A DNA stretch of 64,000 bases from Eledone cirrhosa (lineage: Eukaryota), in contig OZ024752.1 in NCBI GenBank assembly GCA_964016885.1, positions 16,120,001 through 16,184,000 of the forward strand, given 5' to 3'. Position 1 is the first letter of the stretch. Every line of letters starts with the position of its first letter. A program made the translations under genes and the position numbers. Under the pieces are notes generated by a model that was not told the DNA's origin, did not search any database, and worked only from the letters and a program-made list of their open reading frames with translations. This document shows positions 26,831 to 40,742 of the stretch, in pieces.

Positions 26831-27004
26831 AGCACGTGGGACTCCATTTTCTCACCATACGGAGAGATGGGAGGCGAGGGATATGGAGGCGATGACAGTG
26901 GGAGTTCCGACCATATCCTTGAGGTTGTGTTCATCAAGCCCTAGTGCAGTAAAACTAAAGTCATAGCTGCCGCAGAAAAAAACATCATTATCTATATAGG
27001 GTGG

Positions 27005-27338
27005 AAGGCGGTGGATTGGCAGTATCGGTAGAGGGTCGGACGCAATGCTTTGACGGAAAGAGTTACGGTCCTTGCCATTCTGAGTTCAAATCTCGCCGAG
27101 ATTTACTTTGCCTTTCATCCTTACGGGGTCGATGAAATAAAGTACCAGTAATGCACTGGGTAATTGCTGGCCTTATGCCAAAAAGTAAAAACAATTATCT
27201 ATATATATATATATATATACATTCTGAGTTCAAATCCCGCCGAGGTTTACTTTGTCTTTTATCCTTACGGGGTCGATAAAATAAAGTAACAGTAATACAC
27301 TGGGTAATTGCTGGCTTTGTGCCAAAAGTAGAAACAAG
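27005..27338 (+). mobile_element. SINE family A, full copy plus partial copy
   Basis: 27005-27198 and 27221-27338. Confidence 0.85.
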
Positions 27339-27340
27339 TA

Positions 27341-27934
27341 TCTATATATATAAAACTGAGGATGTCTGTCTGTGTGTGTGTGTGAGTTTGAATCCCTAAA
27401 AATATAGAAGCACCAAACCGACTGTTTTCAAACTTTACATATGTAATACTTATGTTTCAGGGAGTGTTCTGAGCGAAAAGCATTTCAAATTTTCAATGCC
27501 CTAGGGACCGCATTAGGCGATTTAGCGATCTCTCTCTATAATTCTTAGTCTTTCTCTTTTTAGATAGATACATACATATAACGTAGCGCCCTTATAATAT
27601 CTGTCTGTATGTCTGGCTGTCTGCATTACGTCACTTCCTACAATTCGCTCTGCATCCAGAACGCGCCCTTATAATATGTGTCTGTATGTCTGGCTGTCTG
27701 TTGCATCCGGTTATTCTGCCACCCTTGCTCAAGACAAATCTCACACTCATTCCCCAAACAGTTGGTAAGTGCACACAACTTCTTCCTCACGTTTTAAGCC
27801 ACAGTGTTGCTTACTTACGTACCACCAGACCCTTACTTCTTTGCCAGCTGTCGTTGTGGCAATACTAAGCTTAGATAAGGCGGTTATATATTTCACAATA
27901 CTTTATCCCGTGCAATGCCGAGTACCACTGCTAG
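27341..27934 (+). mobile_element. Non-autonomous Helitron
   Basis: A|TCTATATATATAAAA 5' end; cccgtgcaatgccgagt hairpin then CTAG|T 3' end. Confidence 0.8.
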
Positions 27935-28322
27935 TATATGATAAAAAAGAACATTATTAGAAGGCTTATAATTCAAATCTGATTTATGATCCTTTGAGGT
28001 CCATTTAGGTATTAGTTTCAGATATTTGTCAATGTCAAACTCCTTAATAATATGCTTCCCTTCCCTATTAATATCAATTCAGTTATTATATTTAGTTATA
28101 TATATATCACAGAAAAAAGAGAATCAGTGTTTCGACGAAAGGAATTTATTGGACATATTACAATTGATTCTCTTTTTTCTGTGATACATACTTTACTGTT
28201 CGAGGGCATTGAGTGCTCATACGGCCTACCGCATACGGACGGTTTAAGCATCCAACACCAATTATATATATATATATTTACTTTTAAGTTCACTGTAAAT
28301 GAAATTTTTGCAAACTTCAATA

Positions 28323-28353
<31 letters not shown>

Positions 28354-28390
28354 GTATTTATGCATAGCAGTATATATATGTGGGGGGGGG

Positions 28391-28466
<76 letters not shown>

Positions 28467-28637
28467 AATGATTCTTTCTCTATACATATATTTTTTTTTA
28501 ATTTGAATAATTGATGCTCTGAACGAAGGTCTTATTGAGAAACACGAAAATCATGCATATTAAATATATATTGATACCTTAACATAGTATATATGTGTGT
28601 GTATATATATAAACATATATATGCGTGTGTGTGTCTA

Positions 28638-28673
<36 letters not shown>

Positions 28674-29489
28674 GTGGAGAAGGAGCACACGAGTTGGAAT
28701 ATATATATATGTAAATAGGGAGAAAGAGACGATTATTAGGAAGAAAAAAAAATGTTTCCTTCATTTTTTTCTTTTTCTTCTCGGTTAGAAAATGTTTAAA
28801 ACAAAATATTTTACTTTGTGTGAAGTGTTAAGGTATTAGTTAATTTATTTATTAATTAACAATAGCATTGATTTATTTATTTATTTATATATTTAATAAT
28901 TATTTATTACCGGTTTCAGCATTTTATGCATTATCCAAGGGGGGAATTTGTATTGGTATAAAATGTAGGGGAGAAGATAAGGTGATGTTGAACATGTTAA
29001 GGAAATGGGAAAGAAAGAATAATATTATTTACAGGCATAGTTCTTGAGGATAAGCAGTTCAAAAAGTGTTATTATGGCAAGAGCGCTTGGTTGATCCATG
29101 ATGGAGATATATATATATATAGTTGTATAGTTGCAAGAAAAATTGCGTCCGTAGGCGGTATGCTGGTTGAGCACTCGATGCTCGCGCAGAGTAGAATATA
29201 ATACTATAAGAATATAAACATATATGTGTGTCTGTGTGTGTGTATGTATAGATATCTGTGTATATATGTCCACATATATGTACTACTTTATGTATATGTA
29301 AATTGATATTTATTACTATTTGAATTATTCACTATTTCCATCAAGTATTAAACGTCTTTTTACATGTATTGAAATTTTTTAATTTCTATAAATATAACCT
29401 TTATTCATTCCTAACCATAAACATATTTATATATCTTAGTAACTTCTTAAGTTTATTTCCTCTCCTAGTAATGTAAACCCTAAAAGTAA

Positions 29490-29817
29490 AGACCCACCCA
29501 CCCAACCCTGGTCATGAATGACTAGGGGATTTGCATCTAGAGGCACAAGTCCGGGTAAAGTTGTTTGTGGCGGACTAGCATTTGCCCATGCATACCAGTC
29601 CCCTCTCTCTGCACCACCGATGCTGTCCAAGGGAAAGGGAAATGCCGATACAACTTGGCACCAGAGACATCGTCGCAACTCATTTCTACAGCTGAGTGAA
29701 CTGAAGCAACATGAAATAAAGTGTATTACTGAAGAACACAAGCTAAGCCTGGTCCGACAATCGAACTCACAACCTCCCGATTATAAGCCCGACGCTCTAA
29801 CCACTAAGCCATGCGCC
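29490..29817 (-). mobile_element. tRNA-derived SINE family B
   Basis: Minus strand ggcgcatggcttagtggttagagcgtcgg (A box)..gagttcgatt (B box). Confidence 0.8.
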
Positions 29818-30827
29818 TAATATTCCGCGAATTCACATCCCTCTTCCTTCATATTTCACTTTATTTCTCCCCTTCACTATTTATATGTCATAAACTCGCT
29901 CTTAGTTTCCTCCTATTTTGTCTACTTTTCTATTTAACTCATAAACGTGTATTATCTCCCTTCTCCTTCCTTTACGTATCATATGTTTCACTAATTTTCA
30001 CCCTATTTCTCTCCTTTTCATTCTTTTTATCTCTCTTTCTCTCCCTTTTTCGTTAGCAGCCTATCTGAGGAAAGAGTCCAGCGAGGTGAGGTCGCTGTTG
30101 CAACGTGTATCGCTGGACATTTTCCGCGGAAATGCCATCGCCATTTTTTCCACGCTGTACAGCTGTTACACCACTATGACCTAGGTGTAATAGTTGTCAC
30201 CCACTCTCCTTTCTCCTTTCTTTGTTCCCTTGTCTATTAGTCCTTGCTCTTTACCTCCTTTTCCTCTTATTCGTGGCTTTTATAGTCCTTTCCAATTCTG
30301 CTTTCTTATTCTGTATCTTTAACCTAATAAAAAACATATTTAAAATTCAAAAACTAAACATTACTTTCTCTTTGTTTTTCTATTTCCTATTCTTTTTCTT
30401 CAAGCCTCAGTCTTTATAACTTATACTATGACATAGTATAGCATATTATTTCACTGTTATTTATAATTCATCTATTTCTATTTTTAAATATAGCCTCCTG
30501 TATTATATAGTTGGAGATATTCTCGAGTTGTTCATGTGGCATTGAGATATTTAAATATTTCTACCTTAGGAGAGTTGCCTCTCCTAAATTATATGAATAT
30601 TTCTGATAAAACAATGTAGATGGAATTGATATGTTTTGGAAAATATTGGTTGGGGCGGGGGGTGGGGGCGTTCGTGTCGGATAGCTAAAACTTCCATACA
30701 CTGGAATCTTACTTAATTGAGAATCTTTGACTGACAATGTCTTTACTTTTTATTTGTGGAAATGCACTGAAGACAAATACAAATGTTGTCAATTCCGTCT
30801 GAATATATATATATATATATATATATA

Positions 30828-31290
30828 CATGGAAAGTTATATTTAAAATTGTTGGGTTACAACTAGTAAATATTTATAACCGATATAAAAGCACTCGACA
30901 AATATTTGGAGTATATTTACAATATTAAATAAATGGAAACTATATTTATAAAACCATATTTATTTCATTATATATATTTCGGGGATATCATATTAACAAT
31001 ATGCTATACCTTCCTCAGACAAAATACAATATAAACAGTTTTATAGATAAATAGATTCGACATACCGTAACAACACCGACTTGCATTTGGAGAGGTTGAG
31101 CTGCCAGCTCAACCTCTCCAAATGCAAGTCGGTGTTGTTACGGTATGTCGAATCTATTTATCTATAAAACTGTTTATATTGTATTTTGTCTGAGGAAGGC
31201 ATAGCATATTGTTAATATGATATCCCCGAAATATATATAATGAAATAAATATGGTTTTATAAATATAGTTTCCATTTATTTAATATTGTA
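30828..31290. mobile_element. Fold-back pLTR element: 373-bp palindrome (30918-31290) with HHR pair
   Basis: Centre gagctg-c-cagctc at 31104, one arm mismatch. Plus-strand HHR 31184-31245: ttttgt CTGAGGA agg..cccc GAAA t atat a TA atgaaa. Mirror copy 30963-31024. (TA)n flanks. Confidence 0.85.
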
Positions 31291-31292
31291 TA

Positions 31293-31419
<127 letters not shown>

Positions 31420-31661
31420 CCCGGTTCAGTCGGGGGTAACCACAGTAAGTAAGGTACTCAATACATAGCAGAGTATCAATACTTAATATAGAAATGGCAT
31501 CTACATGAATAGAACTGTTTAATTCTGATGAAACCGTTATAGTCATGTAGAAGCCATTTCTATATATATATCCGTGTGTAATAAAAGGACGAGAGAAAAG
31601 AGTACTCAATACCGAAGTGGAGTTTAAATACATATTTATTATGGGTAATTAGTGAGTTTTG

Positions 31662-31706
31662 TTACTCTGACAATTCTGAGTGTGCGTAGGTGAAACGCCA
31701 TAGTAA
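31662..31706 (+). ncRNA. Degenerate HHR
   Basis: ttact CTGACAA ..aggt GAAAC gccat agtaa. Stem I intact, core mutated. Confidence 0.45.
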
Positions 31707-32296
31707 GACTAGCTATTTAACCATAAGAAATGAATACATATATGTATATGTATATGTGTGTGTGTGTGTGTGTGCGCGTGCGTGTGTGTGTGAGTGTGTG
31801 CTATAGATATATACAGAGAGCAAAAGACAAACAACTACATACACACATAAATATATAACTATGGTAGTATGTAAGTGCATGTTTAAAAATCAATATAGTC
31901 CGTTGCCACTAAATGCTTTTGACATTCTCTGTGACAAAAGATAACCGTGAGTAACAGATCAAAATCATAAATTAAAGAAAATCACATTATCAGCAAAATG
32001 TTTAACAATACAATGTGTCAAGTAATATAGTAATATTAAATAGAAAAAAAAGTATTCCATTGAAGGTTTTAATAGAAAATAACGTAGCTCGCAATTTACA
32101 AAACGTTGAATATATTTTCCATTGTTAAATGACAATATACAAACAATAAGCACATATTGAAACGTATATATTTATATAGTTTACTATTGATTCAACTTCA
32201 GTTCAAGTCATTTATCAGCAGATCTTATTGAATGTATTGTGATGAACCACACACACGCGCACACACACACAAACACACACACGCACACACACACAA

Positions 32297-32333
<37 letters not shown>

Positions 32334-32369
32334 AGGAGAAAGATTATATGTATGTATATATATATATAT

Positions 32370-32555
32370 AATTGTTCCTACTTTAGGCACAAGGCTAGAA
32401 ATTATCCCAGTGTATTACTGGTACTTTATTTTATCGACCCCGTAAGGATGAAAGGCAAAGTAAACCTCGGCGGGATTTGAACTCAGATCACAAAGGGCCG
32501 TAACTCTATGCGACCAAAGCATGTCGTCCGACCCTCTACCGATGCTGCCAATCCA
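32370..32555 (-). mobile_element. SINE family A
   Basis: Reverse-complement full copy. Confidence 0.85.
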
Positions 32556-32737
32556 CTATATATAAGGAGTTGACAACCCCAGCATATTTATCAATGCCAG
32601 AGCCGGTTGTATCTCAGCGTACTCAATAGGCAATGTAAGATACATTCCCAGAGTATACACATAGTTATTTGCTTCGATACAACACACGTAAAACGGGTGC
32701 CTATAGGAACTTCCGATACAACCACTTGGTTTTCTAC

Positions 32738-32839
<102 letters not shown>

Positions 32840-33096
32840 GATAAATCAAATGAATTTAATCTATATCAAAATTATGGGTGTCATGCCAGAAAGACATGCG
32901 CCATATCACCCGTAAAATAAGCTCTAAGATTCTAACAAGTAGGTCCGAGCATTTTATAATAACTAGAGATTGATTAACATATAAATAAACATGAATAATC
33001 ACAGGAGATAATTTTTACAAGTGTGTAACCACACATAGCTAGGTAGGTAACTAAATAAAGTCGACCAGAACTTCAAAAGAACTTCTTGTTGTTTTG

Positions 33097-33141
33097 ATTG
33101 CCCTGATGAGTCCTTAATAGGACGAAACATTGTTGGCTAAT
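33097..33141 (+). ncRNA. Minimal type I hammerhead ribozyme
   Basis: attgcc CTGATGA gtcc ttaata ggac GAAA c att g TT ggctaat. Canonical core and perfect stem II. Confidence 0.85.
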
Positions 33142-33182
33142 AAAGACTTTTGATGTATTGAAGGCTTCTTTGTTTTATTTTC

Positions 33183-33268
<86 letters not shown>

Positions 33269-33440
33269 TAAAAAAATAATGAATAAAACAATGAAACAGT
33301 TCCTTATATTAAACAAAAAAAGTTCATTATTTAACGATCGTTTCTAGGATATATATGTGTTAGAATTGGCATGCATATTCAACAGATCTATCTACACATA
33401 TATATATATATATAGTTGTTATATAGTAAGGTGCATTATT

Positions 33441-33628
33441 GTGAATTGGCAGTATTGGTAGAGGGTCGGACGCCATGCTTTGACGCATAGAGTTACGGCC
33501 CTTGCCATTCTGAGTTCAAATCCCGCCGACGTTAACTTTGCCTTTCATCCTTACAGGGTCGATAAAATAAAGTACCAGCAATGTACTGGGTAATTGCTGG
33601 CCTTGTGCCAATAGTAGAAACAATTATT
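33441..33628 (+). mobile_element. SINE family A
   Basis: Full copy. Confidence 0.85.
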
Positions 33629-33988
33629 GGTTGTGTAAAATGGTCCAATAACTTTATGTTAGCAATATTAAGTTCTCCGCGCTTTTGTATATCTCCAATT
33701 CCATTCAAGGGAACAGCTAGATGATGTAAAACGGAGTATTTGTATCAAAATGAAAATCCGAAGGCAAGGTAAAATTGCAATCATTTAATCACGACACATG
33801 TTTCAATAAGAGATAGATCGATTGTGAAGCCATGATCGATTATCACTGATCACATCAGGTGAAAATGAATTGTCTTCAAATTCTTGTTATGTGGGAGAAA
33901 AAATAACGATGTTCTCTCACAGAATTCATTCCTTCATATGGAGACACACCAGTCAATCAGAGACATGGCGACTGCTAGTAGCTTCAGT

Positions 33989-34038
<50 letters not shown>

Positions 34039-34189
34039 GTAGAAAACCGGGTGGTTATATTGGAAGTTCCTAGAGCACTCAGTCCAAAGGATGAGTTCGG
34101 TATAGAGATCGTCCCACAACAAATTAGAAAACCATATTCGAGGACACTTGTTTCACCGGAGCGGGGGGGGGGTTCAACCCGGGTTGAAT

Positions 34190-34980
34190 ATTCCCTCGTT
34201 GAAACACGTGTCCTCAAAGGCACTGTGTTGAGCCCACTTCTTTTCATTATCTATATAAATGACGTTACTGACGTCATCAGTCACAGCAACATATTTGCAG
34301 ATAATTCCAAGCTCCAAAAGGTCATCAATGGAGTGGGTGACCGGAGACAAAAGGTCATCAATGGAGTGGGTGACCGGGAACAAAGGGTCATAAATGGAGT
34401 CGGTGACCGGAGACAAAAGGTCATCAATGGAGTGGATGACCGGACACAAAAGGTCATCAATGGAGTGGGTGACCGGGAACAAAGGGTCATAAATGGTGTG
34501 GGTGACCGGAGACAAAAGGTCATCAATGGAGTGGGTGACCGGACACAAAAGGTCATCAATGGAGTGGGTGACCGGAGACAAAAGGTCATCAATGGAGTGG
34601 GTGACCGGACACAAAAGGTCATCAATGGAGTGGGTAACCGGGAACAAAAAGTCATCAATGGAGTGGGTGACCGGACATACCTTCAGTCAGATCTACTTTC
34701 TTTTATCCAATATGCCGCTGAACGAGGATAAATTTGAATTCATCCATTTTGGAAAAGAGGAAGCACGGAAACTCCCATATTGCCTTCCTTCGGGTGAAAC
34801 TCTTGTGGTATCAAACATCAGAGACTTGGGAGTAATTGTTGATAACAACATAAGCTGGGCCACTCATATAAACAGCAAAGTTGACATGGCCTGCAGAATG
34901 TGTTCCTGGATTCTCAGAACTTTCCAGTCGATTATCCTTAATCTTCTCTATATTTTCTCGACCCCCACCTTGAATATTGT
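34190..34980 (+). mobile_element. CR1/L2/Jockey-group LINE RT fragment
   Basis: GTVLSPLLFIIYIND..IFADNSKL..LQSDL..IRDLGVIVDNNISW. Confidence 0.8.
34315..34677 (+). repeat. 33-bp in-frame tandem repeat x11
   Basis: Unit caaaaggtcatcaatggagtgggtgaccgg(aga/aca/gaa) = QKVINGVGDRx. Confidence 0.95.
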
Positions 34981-35963
34981 TGTTTCACATGTGAGACCTG
35001 CTATAATACACCAAAGCTGGAGGTATTAACTAGATATATTTGGTTGTTGAGGTTTTACAAGCATCATTTATAACAGGCATGGGCAAATTGAAACCAGCGA
35101 GTAGCACGCGGCCCGTTTGGCTTTCTGAATGGCACACCTAATTTCAAAATTGCCTTGAAAGAGAAATGGAATTCATAAAAGAAAGTTTAATAATCGGTGC
35201 AAGATGGAGTATCTGGAGGTAAAGAACGAATGGAAATAAAAGATTAAAATAACAATCAGGAAGAGATAAAAAGAGAAAAAAAAGGGGGAAAGAGAAAAGG
35301 CCAAACGAGATATATGAGTCAAAATTCACTCCCTTGGCAGACCAATGTATCTCAGCTGCGCTATACAAACAAAATAGCGACCCCATTGCCGCAGAGAATA
35401 GCTATTGACACTCAGTCCATTAGTCATGCCAGAGGAGCTCCTTCACTTGGCGGGATAGGCTCCTACCGATTTCGAGAAAGTAAACGGCAATCAGTGTGTC
35501 GAAGTCACCGGAGGTTTTAACGATAAACGTGTATACGTAGGTAAATAAAATGGTCGGTATTTGGATAACTTCCTCTTGTTTGTGTAATGGGGACGGGGCA
35601 GTGCCCAGGTTTCAGGAGATAATTCGATATCTTTTTCTAGACTCTGATAATTTCTGGGTGTTCGACACACCAAATTCTCTTCCTACCACATGGTTATATA
35701 TCTATTCGGCAGCTTCAGTTACTTATCTTCCATGATACTGTTTACTTTTATTACGTGGGAGACTTTTCTTTACAAAAGTCAAATAATCTTAATTCCCAAA
35801 CCGCAACAATATATTTTACATCTGATAAACGAGAAGTAAACCCACCATTTTCTTCAATTGTATAATCTCCTGAACTCTGTGGTAGATAAAAAATGAAGAC
35901 TCATTGGTTGAGAAATATTGCGTTCCGTCGTTTGCCTGGTATCTCGTGTTCAGTTTAATGTCG

Positions 35964-36238
35964 TTGTGCCGCTTATATGGCGTCGTTGCGTTGGGAAAAA
36001 TTGTGTTCCGTCACTTGCTTGATATCGTCGCGTTCAGTTATATGGCGTTGTGCCGCTTATATGGGGTTGTTACGTTGTGCCGCTTATATGGCGACGTTAC
36101 GTTGTGCCGCTTATATGGCGCCGTTGTGTTGTGCCGCTTACATGGGGCCGTTACGTTGTGCCGCTTATATGGGGTCGTTACGTTGTGCCGCTTATATGGC
36201 GTCGTTACGTTGTGCCGCTTATATGGCGTCGTTACGTT
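35964..36238. repeat. 27-bp minisatellite
   Basis: Unit ttgtgccgcttatatggcgtcgttacg; ~7 tandem copies at 36048-36238 plus one upstream. Confidence 0.9.
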
Positions 36239-36639
36239 GAGAATAACTGTGTTCTGTCGCTCCCCTATTGACAGTGGTTAAACTACACCACGGCTGTGAA
36301 TTATCTAGGTGATATAGACAGGTGGAGCAATGTGTACTGGTAAGTAAGAACGAACCATGCGTAATTACGATGTGTGATATTGTTAAATACGAGATGTGTA
36401 GCTTATATAATAAAGTACGATGTAATGTATTTTGTACCATACATTATACAACAGTAGTTGAGGTGATCTTTCCATAATCAACTTGGGAAATTCTTAAACT
36501 AATGTTTATGTAATGGTACGTCAACCCCTAGCAACGGAGTGTGTGATCACTAATTTCATAACCGGAACAATTTCGTCTATGATTACACACCTATACATGG
36601 TGTAAATAAAAGATCTAAATATGAGGGAATGTGGGTTTG

Positions 36640-37300
<661 letters not shown>

Positions 37301-37788
37301 TCCCGAATATTTTTTGCGGATATAGAGGTTATCTCCCTTGCTGAATTCCATGTGCGTTTTTTCAACTCGGGTTATGCCTTTTTATTCGTTCAGACAAAAG
37401 CTCGTTGAGGAAGTAAATTCCGGTCCGCTGCTTTCTAGAAGTCTTATATATTTTTATGTGGGCTGATAGAGGGCGGTTTAAGGATTTACAGAAACCCAAG
37501 AAGCTAGATTTACCATCTTTCTAGCGGGTCCGGGTATGCTTTTTACATTCATTTGATTTATTGATTTATTGATATTTTATCTGAGTGTCCCGAATCTTCC
37601 AGATCGTAATTTTTCGGTCGTATGGTTGATTTTAGACATGTTCTATGTGTGTCGGTATTTTAACGATAGTTATAGCTCTGATTTATCTGAATTATTGAGC
37701 CCTCTGCCGCTCATTTCGAATTTTGTTTATCGTGAACTCGTGCGCCGATTTTTCGATACTCGATTATTCTACTATATATATATATATA

Positions 37789-37851
<63 letters not shown>

Positions 37852-38876
37852 TCTGGTGGTAATAGTAATTGTATAGAATGTCTTGATATGGGCATAAACA
37901 TTGTGCAATAAATTTAATCATAAATATATGCAGTGTTGGCACTCTTAATGTGTGTGGGTCCTTCACCGGTTGCGACTCCGAATATTCCAATTTTTCCATA
38001 AACGAAACCATCTGCTCGTGAAATGAACGTGTAAGGTGCTGAATATTACAATGGCAACCTATTTTTCAGGGAGATTTAACACTACACAGTGTGTGATGAA
38101 GCTCACCAATTGAATTGGGGATGCAACTTTGTTTTTTCAGCTGAGAGAACTGGAGCGATGTGCAATAAAAAGTTCTGTCCATAGAGAAAAACGCAGCTGA
38201 TAATGATTGTGAGCCGAATACCCTAACCACTAAGCTACGAACTTCATGATTCACAGCTCATGCATTTTTGATGGAAGTGTTCCCGTCTAATTCATCTCTA
38301 AATAAAGGTATCGTCTGCTAACTCCAGCTGATTTCTTCCAGAGACGGATGGAAAGTGAGAGAGATGGGAGATTTGAAAGAGATATAAAGGAAGAATAGAC
38401 CCCAGTACTAGACGGGTACTCTTTTTATTGACCACGGACGGATGAAAGGCAAAGTTGATCTCAACGATATTTGAACGATATTCTAACGACTCTGCCATTT
38501 CGTCATCTACTCTATATAACAATGGTTTCTGATTTAGGCACAACGCCAACAATTTTTTGGAGGGGTGAAGTCGATTAAATCGACCCCAGTGTACATTTCA
38601 AATATAATATGATAATGACATTGCAAATGTTTCGTACTGAAGACGATGTTTCAAAATGGCTGGTTTAACGAAATTAAAACGACAGTCCTTGTAAACTGAC
38701 TAGCAGCTCCGAAAAGCTCCAAACAACTCATGTGACATTACACGTCATCACATCTCTACTGTAATCGATAAGAAATATATCCAGGGTATCCCAAAAATTG
38801 TATACACACATCAACAACATTCTAATAAATATTGCCTGTACAAGTAATCAAAGTGTGTATACACTTTGGGGAGGAC

Positions 38877-38919
<43 letters not shown>

Positions 38920-39515
38920 CTTTCTCTCTCTCTATATATATATATATATATGCATATGTGTGTGTGAGTGCGTGTGTCTGTTGTGTGTGTGTGCGTGTCT
39001 GTCTGCCTGTGTGTCTGTGTCTGTGTGAGTATGTGTGTGTGTGTCTGTGTTTATGTACCGTGATTTAGCGGTTAGAGACAAAAGAAAAAGATAAGCACAA
39101 GAATTCAAAATAAAATAAATACTAGGATCGATATGATTGACTAACATTAGGTGGTGCCCCAGCATTCCCGGAATCTATTGATTAAAAATAACTAAGAGAA
39201 CACAAGAGTCAAAGAATATACATATACAAAGTCGATTGGAAAGATAGATAAATGTCTTTTTATAAACACACCTGTCACTGAAATATTTTTTCTTGTCATA
39301 AAATTTGACACTCACTCTTTTCTAAAAGCAAAAGTTTCTATTTCTAACAATGTGCCAAATATCGTGCAAGCCTCCACATAGAAACTTGTTCTTCTTCTTC
39401 CTTTCCTTTATTATTTGGCTTCTTGTTACAGTAGTTTCTTGCTTATATTTCTATTTTCAGTGTGTCTACCGTCTACATTTCACATATTATGGAGATATAT
39501 TTATGTGAGTGTAAA

Positions 39516-39750
39516 GGCGCGTGGTTTTGTGGTTAGGGTATTTGGCTTACTATCGTAACGTCGTGAGTTCAATTCCCAGCGGCGTGTTGTTTCCTTCAGC
39601 AGGACACTTTCTTTCATGTACTCCAATCCACTCAGCTAGCAAAATTGAGTTGTGTCTGTAATTCGAAGGGACACCATTGTTACATTCTGTGTCACGCAGA
39701 ATCTCCCTGACAACTACGTTAAGGGTGCGCTTGTCCGTTTACATCGTGTA
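39516..39750 (+). mobile_element. tRNA-derived SINE (family B-like)
   Basis: ggcgcgtggttttgtggttagggt..gagttcaattccc. Related minus copy at 38065-38240. Confidence 0.7.
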
Positions 39751-39840
39751 CTGTAAATTTGCATGTATATATATAAAAATAAAATTGTAGGTACATCTTC
39801 AAGCCTTTATTATTATATTCCCTAAACTTATACTCACACT

Positions 39841-39906
<66 letters not shown>

Positions 39907-39911
<5 letters not shown>

Positions 39912-40343
39912 ATTAAGGTATGTTGCCAAACACTATTATCTATATCATAATTCAATTTACAATTGTTTCATCCTCGGGGCACTCATCGGAATCAAATTAG
40001 TATATAAATAAATTACATTAAAATGTAAACAAAACATTCTACGGACTATTTGTGAGTTTGAAAGGTATTCATTTTTGAGGTATATGATTTATATAATGGT
40101 TGATTCCGATGGGTCCCACGAGGATGAAACAATTGTAAATTAAATTATGATATAAATAATAGTGTTTGATAACATATTTTAATGGATAATTCACGCAACG
40201 TGTCAATAATCTAGCACAGTGGGATTTCATCTCATTTTTTTTAATATCCGTGTGTACAGTTTATTACAATAAATTATTGTATTTTGAGCTGATATTACTT
40301 TTTCACCTACAGGTTTCCAGTTTTCATATTTTAAAACAAATTT

Positions 40344-40350
<7 letters not shown>
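39907..40350. mobile_element. Inverted-repeat element with degenerate HHR pair
   Basis: Arms 39907-40008 / 40088-40188. Plus 40100-40143: ttgatt CCGATGG gtccc acg aggat GAAA c aatt g TA aattaa. Minus copy 39952-39995 has CCGATGA. (TA)n flanks. Confidence 0.75.
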
Positions 40351-40382
<32 letters not shown>

Positions 40383-40742
40383 TGTGTCTGTGAATGGGGT
40401 TGAAGCCAAATATAGCAGGTAGTGAGATCGAACTCGAGGCTTGATGGTTTTGAAGCGAATTCCTTAACACTCGGTTATGCTACATCCACGGAACAACATT
40501 CCGCCATAGAATATTATATTTCTCTGTAGCACAATTGTAATCTCTATTATCTATGCAACCAACATGCCTAGCGCCTAGCCAGGTGCAGCTACAACCACTT
40601 CAGTAAATGTCACAATATTTTTAGTTTAATGCTTGTTGAATATTTTTTCTTTTATCCCAATTATTTCTGCAACATACCTATATACCTATATGTGTATATA
40701 TATGTGTGTGTGTATATATATACACATATATATATATATATA

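Noticed and set aside
34315-36238. Regular 27-37 bp repeats as a CRISPR-like array
   Set aside because: Head-to-tail units with no unique spacers, no cas genes and a eukaryotic context.
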